DNA of 64,000 nucleotides from NCBI GenBank assembly GCA_050250895.1, contig JBFWNU010000005.1:96001-160000 (forward strand). Reading direction: 5' to 3'. Source of the stretch: Vulcanimicrobiota bacterium. GTDB taxonomy: Bacteria > Vulcanimicrobiota > Xenobia > Xenobiales > JADMJV01. The notes under the pieces are model-generated. The model ran no database searches. It had not been told where the DNA came from and saw only the letters and a program-made list of their open reading frames with translations. Positions 29,032 to 38,739 of this stretch are shown piece by piece. The number at the start of each line of letters is the position of its first letter. Positions within the stretch are counted from its first letter, which is position 1. A program made the translations under genes and the position numbers.

Positions 29032-29058
29032 GCGTGGCGGTTCGCTAGTTCGCCGCGA

Positions 29059-29910
29059 TCATCCGCCCAGGTTCGCCACCGAGTTCGCGAACCGGGTGGA
29101 ATATTCCAACACCAGGCGTCCGGCCAGGTCCGGGGCGAGCTGCAGTCCGTGCGTGAGCGTGGCGGTCGCGGCCGGAGTGGGGTCTTCGTCTTCGGGCAGG
29201 AACGTTGCCTCGACGCCAAAACGAAGCGCATTGCCCGACACCGCCAGCCCGATCTCTTCGAACCGGTTGGGGTAGGCCCGCAGCAGATGGTGGCCGAGCA
29301 ACTGCAAACAAAGCGCGGGAAAGAGGACCCGGGCCCGGCGACGCTTGACGAAGTTCCACCATCTCAGGCCCAGCCGGGGACTATCTGCTTGTAAAAGAAG
29401 CGCGTGGCAAGAGACGAATCGCATGACCGACATGGATACCGGTCGACCCGATTGGACCTGACGCACTTCGTCCAGGCTCGGTTGAAGGTCGAGCGGGTTG
29501 AAGCCCACGGCAGGGCTTTCCAGTTCGGCGAGCGCGGCGCTAAAGGCCTCCAGGCTGGGCTCTGGGCCCGGTCCCAGGCCGCTGCGAGAGGTGCTGGTCC
29601 ACTCTCCCAGCATGCTGGCCTCTCCGAACTCGGGGCGGGTGCGCTCGAGGGTGATGTAGCGCCAGGGAGTGGTCTTGAGAACCGCCACCATGAAGGCTTC
29701 GGCCGGCGCTGAAGGCGGCGGCATCTTGATGATGATTGCGGGCCCGACCCCGTCGACTTCGAGATAATGCACGGCCAGGGGAGCTCCTTTCCAGACCTCG
29801 GCCAGGGGAGGGATGGAGCAAAGCATCTGCTCGAAGCGTTCTGGCTGGTCGTGCACCAGTCGAGGCAAAGTGCGGTGGGCGAATTCGTAGTGCGAGGAGA
29901 GTTCGGACAT
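29059..29910 (-). CDS. hypothetical protein
   Basis: 283-aa ORF in a run of minus-strand genes. Confidence 0.55.
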   Translation of the reverse strand: MSELSSHYEFAHRTLPRLVHDQPERFEQMLCSIPPLAEVWKGAPLAVHYLEVDGVGPAIIIKMPPPSAPAEAFMVAVLKTTPWRYITLERTRPEFGEASMLGEWTSTSRSGLGPGPEPSLEAFSAALAELESPAVGFNPLDLQPSLDEVRQVQSGRPVSMSVMRFVSCHALLLQADSPRLGLRWWNFVKRRRARVLFPALCLQLLGHHLLRAYPNRFEEIGLAVSGNALRFGVEATFLPEDEDPTPAATATLTHGLQLAPDLAGRLVLEYSTRFANSVANLGG

Positions 29911-29947
29911 GTCTCAGAGAGTCAGATTGCCCCCGAAAGGTTCGCCC

Positions 29948-30427
29948 TCAGGGGAGCCGTTCCGTGCCCTGGAAGACGAAGCTCTCCTTGAGCCAGGTGA
30001 TGCCGTTGGGGACGGGTTCGAGCGGACCGCTTCCCAAGGTTTCCGGGCCTGGCTGCGAGGGGGGAGAGGCCAGGCGATATTGGCTCAGGGTCGAGCCGTC
30101 CTTGAGCCAGAACACGTAGAGATAATAATTGCCGTGGGGGGACGGGCTGTTGGTCCAAAGGGCCAGATAGAGCCGTTGCTCGTCGGCCGATAAGCCGAGA
30201 ATGCGACTGGCCCCGTCGGTGCGAGCCAGCAGCTTCATCTCCTTGGAGTCAAGTCCCGTCCAGAGCACCAGGGTGGTGGCTGGCAATCGCGAGCCCTCGA
30301 CCGGGTCGCGGTAGGCATAGACCGTGCAATCCTGGTTGCTGGTGATGGGACGCAACTCCCAGGGGGGTGGGGGCACGGCCAGAGCCATCGAGGTCAAAAG
30401 TCCCAGCATCAGAAGTCTCAGTCGCAT
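29948..30427 (-). CDS. hypothetical secreted protein
   Basis: signal-peptide-like MRLRLLMLGLLTSMALA; overlaps the GNAT stop. Confidence 0.55.
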   Translation of the reverse strand: MRLRLLMLGLLTSMALAVPPPPWELRPITSNQDCTVYAYRDPVEGSRLPATTLVLWTGLDSKEMKLLARTDGASRILGLSADEQRLYLALWTNSPSPHGNYYLYVFWLKDGSTLSQYRLASPPSQPGPETLGSGPLEPVPNGITWLKESFVFQGTERLP

Positions 30428-30918
30428 CCGTCATCCTCCAGCTTTCGATACATCACCAGGGCGTCGACCAGGCCCAGAGTTGGGTGGCGAAAGGCGCCAG
30501 GTAGGCGGCCGACCGTCGCAAAGCCGTGCTTTTCCCACAGCCTGATGGCGCCTTCGTTCGTGGTAACCACCAGATTATACTGCATGGCCAGATAGCCTCG
30601 ACGCCGGGCTTCGGCGAGGGAGTGGACGCACATGGCGCTGGCCACTCCCCGCCCCCGAGCGGCCTCGGCCGTCATATAGCCGCAGTTGGCTACATGGGCG
30701 CCGGGGCCCATCTGGTTAGGACGCAGGTAATAGGTGCCCAGGACCTTCTCGCCCTCGGTGGCCACGAACACCTGGTGGGTGGGGGCGTGCCAGTAAGCCA
30801 GTGCATCCTGGCGCGAGAGCTCGGGAGGCAGTGCGTAGGTCTCGCCCCCGCGCAGGACCGGCTCGAGAATCGCCCAGATTGACGGCTGGTCGTCGGGCCT
30901 GGCGGGGCGGATTTCCAC
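30418..30918 (-). CDS. GNAT family N-acetyltransferase
   Basis: GETYA, HVANCGYM, ARGRGVA, QYNLVV.TN..AI.LW.K.GF. Confidence 0.9.
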   Translation of the reverse strand: MEIRPARPDDQPSIWAILEPVLRGGETYALPPELSRQDALAYWHAPTHQVFVATEGEKVLGTYYLRPNQMGPGAHVANCGYMTAEAARGRGVASAMCVHSLAEARRRGYLAMQYNLVVTTNEGAIRLWEKHGFATVGRLPGAFRHPTLGLVDALVMYRKLEDDGCD

Positions 30919-31469
30919 TACTTGAAGGTTCGCATCGACCGAACCACCGCGCGGGGGCGAATGTCATCGAGGCCGAGTTTCTGGTGCTCTCCCTCGAGGC
31001 GCCGAGAGCCGATGTAGTCTGATTTCGTAAACAGCAGCTGGGTGTTGCCTTCGTCCACATGGTCGACCACGATGCGGTCGCTGACGTAGGTATAGAACAC
31101 TTCGGCGTTGGGGGTGACCCGTTGGACATCCTCCCAGGTCAGGCCCACGGCAAATCCGTGCTCGTGGTAGACGCCTGGTGCGCTCACCACGATTTCGCGG
31201 ATGGTTCCGTCCGGGTCGAGGATCGCCTGGGCAATGACGTGATGCTGAAAGGAGATGTCCAGATAGGCTATCTCTTCGGGGCTGCCCTCGCGGGTCTGTT
31301 TGCGAAGGAAGCGCTGGTAGCTCAGGGCCGGATTGCGCGAGGATTCGGGCGGAAGTTGGCCGAGATAGAAGTCTTCCAGCCCGTCTTTGGTGAGATTCGG
31401 CTCGTCTTGAGCCAGAACCGGCAACCAGGCCAACAAGAGGAGAATGAGCAAGGTGCGAAGCTTGGACAT
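30918..31469 (-). CDS. hypothetical secreted protein
   Basis: start reassigned to MSKLRTLLILLLLAWLPVLAQ signal peptide. Confidence 0.6.
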   Translation of the reverse strand: MSKLRTLLILLLLAWLPVLAQDEPNLTKDGLEDFYLGQLPPESSRNPALSYQRFLRKQTREGSPEEIAYLDISFQHHVIAQAILDPDGTIREIVVSAPGVYHEHGFAVGLTWEDVQRVTPNAEVFYTYVSDRIVVDHVDEGNTQLLFTKSDYIGSRRLEGEHQKLGLDDIRPRAVVRSMRTFK

Positions 31470-31691
31470 GCTGGCTCGCTTCCCAGCCGGGCCGGGGGAT
31501 CCTTCCCAACGAAAAGAGCCCCGGGGACGGGGCTCGGGCCGGGGCGGAGAAATGAGGGGGGACGATTCCCCACCGCCGGTTAGCGGCTTCAACCACGCCG
31601 ACCCGAGAATGTTTCTCCCGCGTTGCAGATGGGGACAGCAGCGGGTCGAGCCATCGGCAGGGTTTCCCGGCCAAGCCGCGCAGACGAAGGT

Positions 31692-32147
31692 ATGAAAGTC
31701 GTGCACGGAGATCTGGTCAAGTTGGCTCTCGAGGGCAAGTTCGACGTGATCATCCATGGTTGTAACTGCTACTGTGCGATGGGAGCCGGGATCGCCAAGC
31801 TGATCAAAGCGAAGTTTCCCGAGGCCTACCAGGCCGATTGCAAGACCGAGAAGGGCGCTCGCGCCAAGCTGGGGTCCATATCCTCCGCCACAATCGAGCG
31901 CGACGGACACACCATCACCGTGGTGAATGGTTACACCCAGCATCACTGGCGCGGCCAGGGCGTGCTGGTCGACTACGAGGCAGTGCGGGGCGTCGCTCGC
32001 CAGGTTAAGGCCAACTTCTCGGGGCAACGTATCGGCTACCCCCGAATCGGAGCCGGGATGGCTCGGGGAGATTGGGACACCATCGCAGCCATCCTCGACG
32101 AGGAGTTGGCCGGCGAGGATCACACGCTGGTCGAGTTCGCGGGCTGA
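31692..32147 (+). CDS. macrodomain (ADP-ribose binding/hydrolase) protein
   Basis: GDL, HGCNC..AMGAGIA, NGYTQ, YPRIGAG.A.GDW. Confidence 0.85.
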   Translation: MKVVHGDLVKLALEGKFDVIIHGCNCYCAMGAGIAKLIKAKFPEAYQADCKTEKGARAKLGSISSATIERDGHTITVVNGYTQHHWRGQGVLVDYEAVRGVARQVKANFSGQRIGYPRIGAGMARGDWDTIAAILDEELAGEDHTLVEFAG

Positions 32148-32428
32148 GGCTCGTCGCGTAGCAGATAGAGTAGCGGGCCGAACGAGCCGAACAGCAGGGT
32201 GCACCACAGGTAGGGAGCGACGGTGATCCCGCGCCGGCGGGCGTCGCGCACCATCCATACGCTCACCAGCGAAAGGCTGACGATCAGATCGCAAAAGACC
32301 TGGATGCTGGCGGCGTTGGCCAGGGCGGCCGGAAAGAACCCGACGTAGCCGTACTGCTTGAGGGCGATGACGCTGGGGAGAGCGAGAAAAAGGGCGAGCA
32401 GGGCGATGCGACGATGGCTGATGTGCAT
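32120..32428 (-). CDS. DUF2834-like membrane protein
   Basis: DL.VS...WM.RDARRRG, GSFGPLLYL. Confidence 0.65.
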   Translation of the reverse strand: MHISHRRIALLALFLALPSVIALKQYGYVGFFPAALANAASIQVFCDLIVSLSLVSVWMVRDARRRGITVAPYLWCTLLFGSFGPLLYLLRDEPQPANSTSV

Positions 32429-32484
32429 GGCTCTGGTTTTGTCATTTCAGGCTAGTTTCATTCTGCTCGGCTAGGTTAGAGGCT

Positions 32485-33735
32485 ATGAAAGTGCGTCCGT
32501 TTGCCACTCCCGCCACGCTTGTACCGCCGAGCCGTCCGGCCGCCGGCCAACCCGTCGACCGTCTGGGCCCGCCGGTTACCCTCGACGAGGCTCGCCAGCG
32601 ACTGTTGGGCCAGCCAGAGAAAAAGCCCGACCCGCGTAAAGGTCGACTGTTGTTCGAGATGGAGGGCATCCGCTCGTTGCCCTGGCGCAGCCCGGCCGGT
32701 CAACTGGTGCTGGGAGTGGTCAAACAGGGTCTTTCGCCGTTCGAGGGCCAGGTCGAGTCCCGGCCGGCCAGCGGCAATCCGCTCTGGTCGGTGCAGGTGA
32801 AGGGAAAATTGACCAGTCAGCCGGTCGGTTACAAAGATCAGGTCCTGGTAGCCCTGGCCGACCCTCACCATCTGGTCTCGCTCGACCCGGCCACCGGGGC
32901 CGAGCGCTGGAGTGCTCGCAATATCCTGGCGCCGCTGGTCTTGAGCGGCGAGCGCATGTTCGCACGAAGCTATGAGCAAGAAGTGGTCTGCCTCAACCCG
33001 GCCTCGGGCGGACGCGGCTGGACTGCCAAGCCGCCCGGGGTGCCCCTCGAGATGACCACCATCGGCGACAAACTTTTGGCGGGATCGCGCATCAGCTATC
33101 AGACCGGCGAGGGGGCGCTGACCGTCTATCAGGCCAGCACGGGAGCCAGGCAATGGGAGGTGTCAGCCCAGAACGCTCGTTTTGCCGCCGATGAGCGCCA
33201 TGTCTTCGTGGCCGACGACCGCGAAGGCCCTCTGCGGATGCTCGCTTTGGAAAGCGGCCAGGAGGTGAAGGCGTTCGACCTGCGAGGACGCTTCTTTCGA
33301 CCGCTGCTGGTGGACGGAGACACCCTCTATCTCAGTCGTATGAGCTCTGGAGTCAGTGCCGACCTGGTGGCCCTCGACATCAACACCGGCCAGGAGCGTT
33401 GGATGGCTCGCGGCAAGGACAGTCCGGACCAGATGGTCAAGGGAGATGACGGAAACCTCTACGTGACCGAGCGGGGCTTCAGCGGTGGGGGCGCGGTGGC
33501 CTGTTATACGCCGGGAGGCGAGATTCTTTGGCGCGGTTATGTGGGCAGCAGTCCCAAAGTTTCGGTTTGTCCCGACGGGACCGTGTTTACTCTCAACGAC
33601 TTTGGACACCTGAGGGCCTTTTCCGCCCCCGACGCCGAGGAGGCGAAGAAGGCGTCCGAGACCACCGGACCTCTGGTCTTTGACTTTGATGACCTGGTTC
33701 AGGTGGGCGACTTCGAGCTAGAAAAGCAAGAATAA
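32485..33735 (+). CDS. PQQ-like beta-propeller repeat protein
   Basis: repeats LDPATGAERW, ASTGARQW, LDINTGQERW. Confidence 0.8.
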   Translation: MKVRPFATPATLVPPSRPAAGQPVDRLGPPVTLDEARQRLLGQPEKKPDPRKGRLLFEMEGIRSLPWRSPAGQLVLGVVKQGLSPFEGQVESRPASGNPLWSVQVKGKLTSQPVGYKDQVLVALADPHHLVSLDPATGAERWSARNILAPLVLSGERMFARSYEQEVVCLNPASGGRGWTAKPPGVPLEMTTIGDKLLAGSRISYQTGEGALTVYQASTGARQWEVSAQNARFAADERHVFVADDREGPLRMLALESGQEVKAFDLRGRFFRPLLVDGDTLYLSRMSSGVSADLVALDINTGQERWMARGKDSPDQMVKGDDGNLYVTERGFSGGGAVACYTPGGEILWRGYVGSSPKVSVCPDGTVFTLNDFGHLRAFSAPDAEEAKKASETTGPLVFDFDDLVQVGDFELEKQE

Positions 33736-33823
33736 GCGCAAGGGGTTTGGTCGCCGCTTAGCAATGACCTGAGTGTCTCCAAATTCAGGGGCCCGTCAGG
33801 GCCAAACTGAAATCTCTCTGCTC

Positions 33824-33849
33824 GACCGCTTCGGCGGTCTTCTTTTTTT
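33824..33849 (+). terminator. intrinsic terminator with UUCG tetraloop
   Basis: GACCGC-TTCG-GCGGTC followed by TTCTTTTTTT. Confidence 0.8.
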
Positions 33850-33855
33850 GCCGCC

Positions 33856-33931
33856 AAGAAAGAAGAAGAGACCCCATTTCACTCGAGCGGTTCGGGGGGG
33901 GTCTAACTTCTCGAGTGTTTCGGGGTCTCTT
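33856..33931 (-). terminator. long imperfect hairpin, possible minus-strand terminator
   Basis: AAGAGACCCC/GGGGTCTCTT and CACTCGAG/CTCGAGTG stems; pyrimidine run follows on the minus strand. Confidence 0.45.
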
Positions 33932-34012
33932 TTCGTCCTTAGAATACCAGCCGATTGTCAAGAAATGGTCAAGCTTCCGACATGGTTTGGTCAAGAATGA
34001 CCATGGTTGGCC

Positions 34013-34465
34013 TCAAGCTCGAGCGGATTGGCGGCGCAGGCAGTCGGAGAAGTGGAGTTTCCAGTTCTTGGCGTAGCGCTTCTCGGCCGATGGCATCTGG
34101 GCCAGCAAGCCGGTGCGATAGTCGGCTCCGAAGCGGTCGATGATCCACTCTTCGTGGGCCACCAGCAGTGGATGGAAGCGCTCGAAACCGTCCTCGAGCG
34201 TGACCCGTTCAGCCTCGGCCGGAATCTTGGTGGGGTAGACGCCCAGGGCGGTGCGGTAGCAGCGTTTGCCCGCCCGGGTGTAGACCAGCTGATGGTCTTG
34301 GTCGACCAGCCACATGCCGCTGGCATGGAAGACCAGCTGGTCGCGTTGATAGAGAAATCCATCGGCTTGGGGATGGGGGATTTTCTCAAACCCCCGTTCT
34401 TCAAGAGCCCCGATACGGGCGTCCTGAGAGAGTAACCAGATTGCGACGGGCAGGGGGTTCTTCAC
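34013..34465 (-). CDS. hypothetical protein
   Basis: GTG 34465 with GGAGG RBS; globular-looking 150-aa product. Confidence 0.55.
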   Translation of the reverse strand: MKNPLPVAIWLLSQDARIGALEERGFEKIPHPQADGFLYQRDQLVFHASGMWLVDQDHQLVYTRAGKRCYRTALGVYPTKIPAEAERVTLEDGFERFHPLLVAHEEWIIDRFGADYRTGLLAQMPSAEKRYAKNWKLHFSDCLRRQSARA

Positions 34466-34541
34466 GGCAGGCCTCCGGAGGGTCGAGTGTTTTCCCGTTT
34501 GCGATAAAGACGGGAATTCCTTTCCATTTCTCGAGATGGTT

Positions 34542-37001
34542 TTACCAATCGCCGGCCATGTGCCAGACTTGCACCTGACCCTTGGGCCAGGCAGCGGCGA
34601 ACAGACCGGGGGCGGCGGCCAGCGAGCACGGCGATAGGATTTCGTCGCTCTCGAGGGGCCACGAGACGCTGCCATCGACCCGATCGTGAAAGGCGAGAGT
34701 GCGCCGTTGAGAAGCCACCAAAAAAGCTCCCTTGGGACTGAAGACAAAGCTCTCGCAGGGGCTGAGTCTCTGATTGCGGCGGCCAAGCCAGTGGCCCTGC
34801 TGCTGCTCGGCCACGACCATTTCCGAGCCCCGGGGCGAGAGGGCCAACTCGAAGCCGGTCCCGCCTTTGGCCTGGTAGTCCGACTTCCAATCCGCGCCCG
34901 CGCCCCGCCACCGCCGCAATTGCTGGGCGTCGAGCGTCAGCAGGGTCATGCCATCGCCCGAGCTGACCACGCGTTGGCCGGCGGCTCCCAGTTCGAGGCT
35001 GTGGAACACCTCGCCGGCGAGATTGAGCCACTGGAGCAGGCCGTCCGGACCCAGCGCCACCAGGCAACCCGCCGCCAGGGCCACGTCGATGACGCCGGCG
35101 CGATGCCAGAGCACTCGGGCCGAGGGGATTTCGCGGGCCACCAGGCCCTCCTCCGAGACCGTGGCCAGCACCTGGTCGGTGAGCACGACTCGGGTGACGG
35201 CCTGGCGCGTGGAACCTCCGAAGAGCGGGTCGCGGCGAGTGGTGGCGAAAACCGCCAGGTGGCCTTGCGAGGCCAGGGCCAGAGTCTTGCCGGTGGGGGA
35301 GAAGGCGAGGTGCGGATTGGGTCCGACTTGCACTCGGCGCAAGGGCTTGGGACGGGGATCGTAAGGCTGGGTCAGGTGTTCGGTGAGCCGGGCACCCGGC
35401 AGGGCTCTCACCGAACCGGTGCGGTGCGACCACACCAACACCTGGCCATTGAAGGAGAAGGCCACTCTGGCGACCGCCTCGCTGCTGACCAGCCTGCCCA
35501 CCAGCTTACCCGTGTCCAGGCGCCAGATGCGTACGGTGGAGTCTTCGGAGCCGCTGGCCAGGAGTGCGCCAGGGCCCAGTGCCAGCGAGTTGACCGGCCG
35601 GGAATGCGATCCCAGCGGGACCAGTTCGTCACCGACCACCTTGAGGATATGCCCCGAATCAGTGTCGAGGTCAGTGGCGCCCACCGCCACCAGGTGACCG
35701 GTCGGGTCAAAGCAGAGCGCGCTCAGGCGCAGGTTCGAGCGCACGCGATAGCGACTGACGGGGCCGCCGAGGGGGCGAATTTCGATGGCCTCACCAAGCC
35801 AGGCATAGGTGCCGGCCACGGCTGGGATGATGCCGTCGGCGGGACGCAGCGTCTGGCGCTCGAGGAGCTGACCGTCGGGCGACCAGCGGTAGAACTCTTG
35901 ATTGAGGCCGACCACCGTGCCATCGTCGAGAAACTCGAGTTTTCCCAGGGCCTCGGACCCTTCGAGTTCGGCCACCAGGTGTCCGCGCTCGAGGTTATAG
36001 AGATGAGCGGGACGGCCGCGACGAAATTCGATCAGGTGGCGGGTATCGGGAGAGAAGCGAACCTCTCCAGGCCAGCCGGCCGGGGCCGGCAGCATACCGG
36101 CTCTGGCTCCATCGTAGAGGGATACGAGCTGGATCTCGCCGGGGGCCCGCAGAGCCAGCAAGCGGCTATCAGGAGACAGATCCCAGTGGCAGTCCCAGCG
36201 CTCTTCCAGGGGAAAGACCACCGGGGGAGCGGCCCAGAAGCTGGTGCCCAGCCCTCGCCGCGGTTGGGAATGCAGTCCCGGCACCGGTTTGCCCTCGAGA
36301 TAGGCCAGCATCTGCTCGGCGGTCCAGCGCTTGGCGCGGGGGCTCAGGCAGTTGGGTAAGATGGCTGACCAGGGCGCCGGCAGATGCGGCAAGCGTGGCA
36401 CCGGCTCGTGGCGGGCTCGCTCGATCCAGGCCACCTCGCCCACCCGGCCGTAGGGCGGGGCCCCATGCAAAAGCTCGAGCAGGACCGCGGCTAAAGACCA
36501 GACGTCTTCGGGCTGCCCGCCTTCTCCATCGAGGGCCTCGGGAGCCCGATACCAGAGGCGGTCCGGCCTCGGCTGATTGACCACGGACGGCCCTAGCAAC
36601 TCTTGCAGGCCGGCATCGGCCAGCCGCCATTGACCCTCGTGGTGAAGCAGGTTCGAGGGCCGCAGGCCCCCGTGGTGACGACCTTCGCCGTGGAGTTCGA
36701 CCAGGGCTCGGGCCAGTTCGATGGCCACCGATGTCAACTCCTCGGGCTTCTGCAGGCGCACTCCGAGGGGCCGGATGAGGAAATAACAACCCTGATAGGT
36801 GCCGTGGTCGACCCGGCCCCACTGGCAGGGGCCCAGCTCGCCGGGCAGATCGCCCAGTCGGGGCCGAGGCAAGGGGTGGGGGCCCAGCGGTCGAAACATG
36901 CGGACCGCCTTGGGAAGGCCCTCGGCCATTCCTAACAGGGTCACCCCCAGGCCACCCCGCCCGATGGGCTGGCCGACTTCGACTCCCGCGATCTTTTCCA
37001 A
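34542..37001 (-). CDS. Ser/Thr kinase-like (pseudokinase) plus WD40 protein
   Basis: GRGGLG, HGGLRPSN, LADAG, YRAPE, DVWSL; HSRPVNSLA...LASGSEDSTVRIW. Confidence 0.75.
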   Translation of the reverse strand: MEKIAGVEVGQPIGRGGLGVTLLGMAEGLPKAVRMFRPLGPHPLPRPRLGDLPGELGPCQWGRVDHGTYQGCYFLIRPLGVRLQKPEELTSVAIELARALVELHGEGRHHGGLRPSNLLHHEGQWRLADAGLQELLGPSVVNQPRPDRLWYRAPEALDGEGGQPEDVWSLAAVLLELLHGAPPYGRVGEVAWIERARHEPVPRLPHLPAPWSAILPNCLSPRAKRWTAEQMLAYLEGKPVPGLHSQPRRGLGTSFWAAPPVVFPLEERWDCHWDLSPDSRLLALRAPGEIQLVSLYDGARAGMLPAPAGWPGEVRFSPDTRHLIEFRRGRPAHLYNLERGHLVAELEGSEALGKLEFLDDGTVVGLNQEFYRWSPDGQLLERQTLRPADGIIPAVAGTYAWLGEAIEIRPLGGPVSRYRVRSNLRLSALCFDPTGHLVAVGATDLDTDSGHILKVVGDELVPLGSHSRPVNSLALGPGALLASGSEDSTVRIWRLDTGKLVGRLVSSEAVARVAFSFNGQVLVWSHRTGSVRALPGARLTEHLTQPYDPRPKPLRRVQVGPNPHLAFSPTGKTLALASQGHLAVFATTRRDPLFGGSTRQAVTRVVLTDQVLATVSEEGLVAREIPSARVLWHRAGVIDVALAAGCLVALGPDGLLQWLNLAGEVFHSLELGAAGQRVVSSGDGMTLLTLDAQQLRRWRGAGADWKSDYQAKGGTGFELALSPRGSEMVVAEQQQGHWLGRRNQRLSPCESFVFSPKGAFLVASQRRTLAFHDRVDGSVSWPLESDEILSPCSLAAAPGLFAAAWPKGQVQVWHMAGDW

Positions 37002-37059
37002 GACACCTCCACCAGGGTGAACCTGGTGCTTCGGGGTAAAAGCCCGAACTCTTCCCGCC

Positions 37060-38664
37060 TTACGAGGAAGGTTTGGCCAGGTCTACTGCCATCTGGGTCA
37101 GAGCAATGGTCTGACGTCGCATCAGGTCGTAGTCGGTAAACTCCTCGGTAACCGGCTTGCCCGAACTCAACAGGTAGCTGGGGTTGCTGATCAGCTGGAT
37201 CGAAGGCAACGGTGTCTTGAGCACGCCAGCCATGGGCGGATAGTGCCACCACAAGCCCTCGCCCACCGGGAAGGGCCCGAGCACTAGCGAGCGCGTGAAT
37301 TTCTCGGCGTATTCGGTGGCCCGCTGGCGCAGTTGGGCGGCCGAGGCCGAATCTGAGCCGGCAATGGGCACGCGGTCGAGGTTGGTCAGCAAAATCTGGG
37401 GCTCGGGCCGACCGGTCAACCCCACCTCGCCCGAAGCCAGTTCACCCCATTCGCGGGCTCCCAGATGCTCGACCTCGAGGATGGCTCGCACTCCCGAGAG
37501 ATCGTCGGCGTGGTTCTTTAGATAATCGCGAATCCCGGCGCTACCGACGAAGTGACCGCCGGTAAAGACAAAGCGCATTTTGGCGGGGCGAGCTTCTTCG
37601 GGCATTTCGGCAAAATACTTGGCCATGGCCAGCATGGCCACCGGGCCGTTGTCCTCGAGCGAGTTGGTGCCGTCGGTGTGGCTGCTGACCACGATCTCGG
37701 GCTTGCCCGGGGCGTCGACCACCGCCACCAGGTTATCGTCGCTGGCTGGCCCCATGCTTGCCTGCATAGTCAAGGTGGCGGGCAGCCGACCGTCTTTGGC
37801 CGCGATGGCGGCCTCCAGCTTGCGACCCTGCTCACGGTCGAGAAATACCCCCGGCAGGTTGGCCGCCTGATAGCCGAAGAAAGGATAGTAAGCGCCGCGA
37901 GCTAGCGGCTCGGGCAGGTCGAGCACCCCGACCATGGCTCTGGCCCCCAGGGCGGCCAGCGTTTTCTGGACGGCCGGAATCAGCACCATGTTGACCAGGC
38001 TACCGTCCTTGCCGGTGGTGCTGCCCGGTCCGAAGGCCGAGTTGTCGGAGTCGTTGGTGTAGTAGGTCAAAGCCGACATCAGCGAGTAGGGAAGGCCCAG
38101 TCTCGGCAGGTCGACCACCACCGTCTTGCCCTGGACCTGGTCGGGATCAAAGGCGTCCGACAACTTTTGGCTCAGGGCGTTGATGGCGCCGCGGATGCCC
38201 TCGCTGGTGGCCAACTGGCTAAAGTCGAAATTCTCCACCCAACTGGCCAGTTCCGAGAGGTTGGCCCGGGCATGGACTAGATCGGCTTCGATCCCTTCGG
38301 GTCCGGTCTGGCCCGACCAGGGGATGTAGTTAGCCAGCGGCACCTCACCGTCAGCCGTGGTCAGGCTCCAACGGGTGGGGGTCCACTTCTCGAACGTGTA
38401 AGGCTCGAAGCTGACCTCGGCTCCCAGTTCCTCCAGTCGCTCACCCAGCCATCGAGTGTAGGCGCGTTGGGCCGGGCTTCCGGTCGGTTTGAGACCGGGG
38501 ATGTCCTCGCTCTTGAAGGTGTCCTCCATCGACTGCCAGGCCCGAAGCTGGGCCGCATCCACAATACGGGCAGGATCGACCGAATCAGGCTCAGGCGCTG
38601 CCTGGGCCCGGCGAACCGGCGCCGAAACGCGGAAGGATGAAGAAGCGCAAAACTGATTGACCAC
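37060..38664 (-). CDS. M28-like metallopeptidase with PA domain
   Basis: SSHTDG, EDNG, FTGGHF, VEHLG; TG..GIEADLV PA-domain start. Confidence 0.6.
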   Translation of the reverse strand: MVNQFCASSSFRVSAPVRRAQAAPEPDSVDPARIVDAAQLRAWQSMEDTFKSEDIPGLKPTGSPAQRAYTRWLGERLEELGAEVSFEPYTFEKWTPTRWSLTTADGEVPLANYIPWSGQTGPEGIEADLVHARANLSELASWVENFDFSQLATSEGIRGAINALSQKLSDAFDPDQVQGKTVVVDLPRLGLPYSLMSALTYYTNDSDNSAFGPGSTTGKDGSLVNMVLIPAVQKTLAALGARAMVGVLDLPEPLARGAYYPFFGYQAANLPGVFLDREQGRKLEAAIAAKDGRLPATLTMQASMGPASDDNLVAVVDAPGKPEIVVSSHTDGTNSLEDNGPVAMLAMAKYFAEMPEEARPAKMRFVFTGGHFVGSAGIRDYLKNHADDLSGVRAILEVEHLGAREWGELASGEVGLTGRPEPQILLTNLDRVPIAGSDSASAAQLRQRATEYAEKFTRSLVLGPFPVGEGLWWHYPPMAGVLKTPLPSIQLISNPSYLLSSGKPVTEEFTDYDLMRRQTIALTQMAVDLAKPSS

Positions 38665-38739
38665 CGAACCTCCAGGCGGACCTGCTCGTATTCTAGGCGG
38701 ACTTCTTCAGGGCCGGCTTGCTCGCTTGTTACAATCTCG

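Noticed and set aside
31470-32294. N-terminal 275 aa of the 458-aa minus-strand ORF
   Set aside because: It overlaps the macrodomain and DUF2834-like genes; the signal peptide starts at 31469.
33901-33907. GTCTAAC matching the integron attC R'' box (RYYYAAC)
   Set aside because: I found no matching GTTRRRY R' box with complementary L boxes downstream, and there is no integrase in the window.
34686-36359. Long antisense or alternate-frame ORFs (also 7046..8029, 12671..13960, 48336..49586, 52995..54299)
   Set aside because: These are shadow ORFs typical of high-GC DNA, lying opposite genes with clear motifs.
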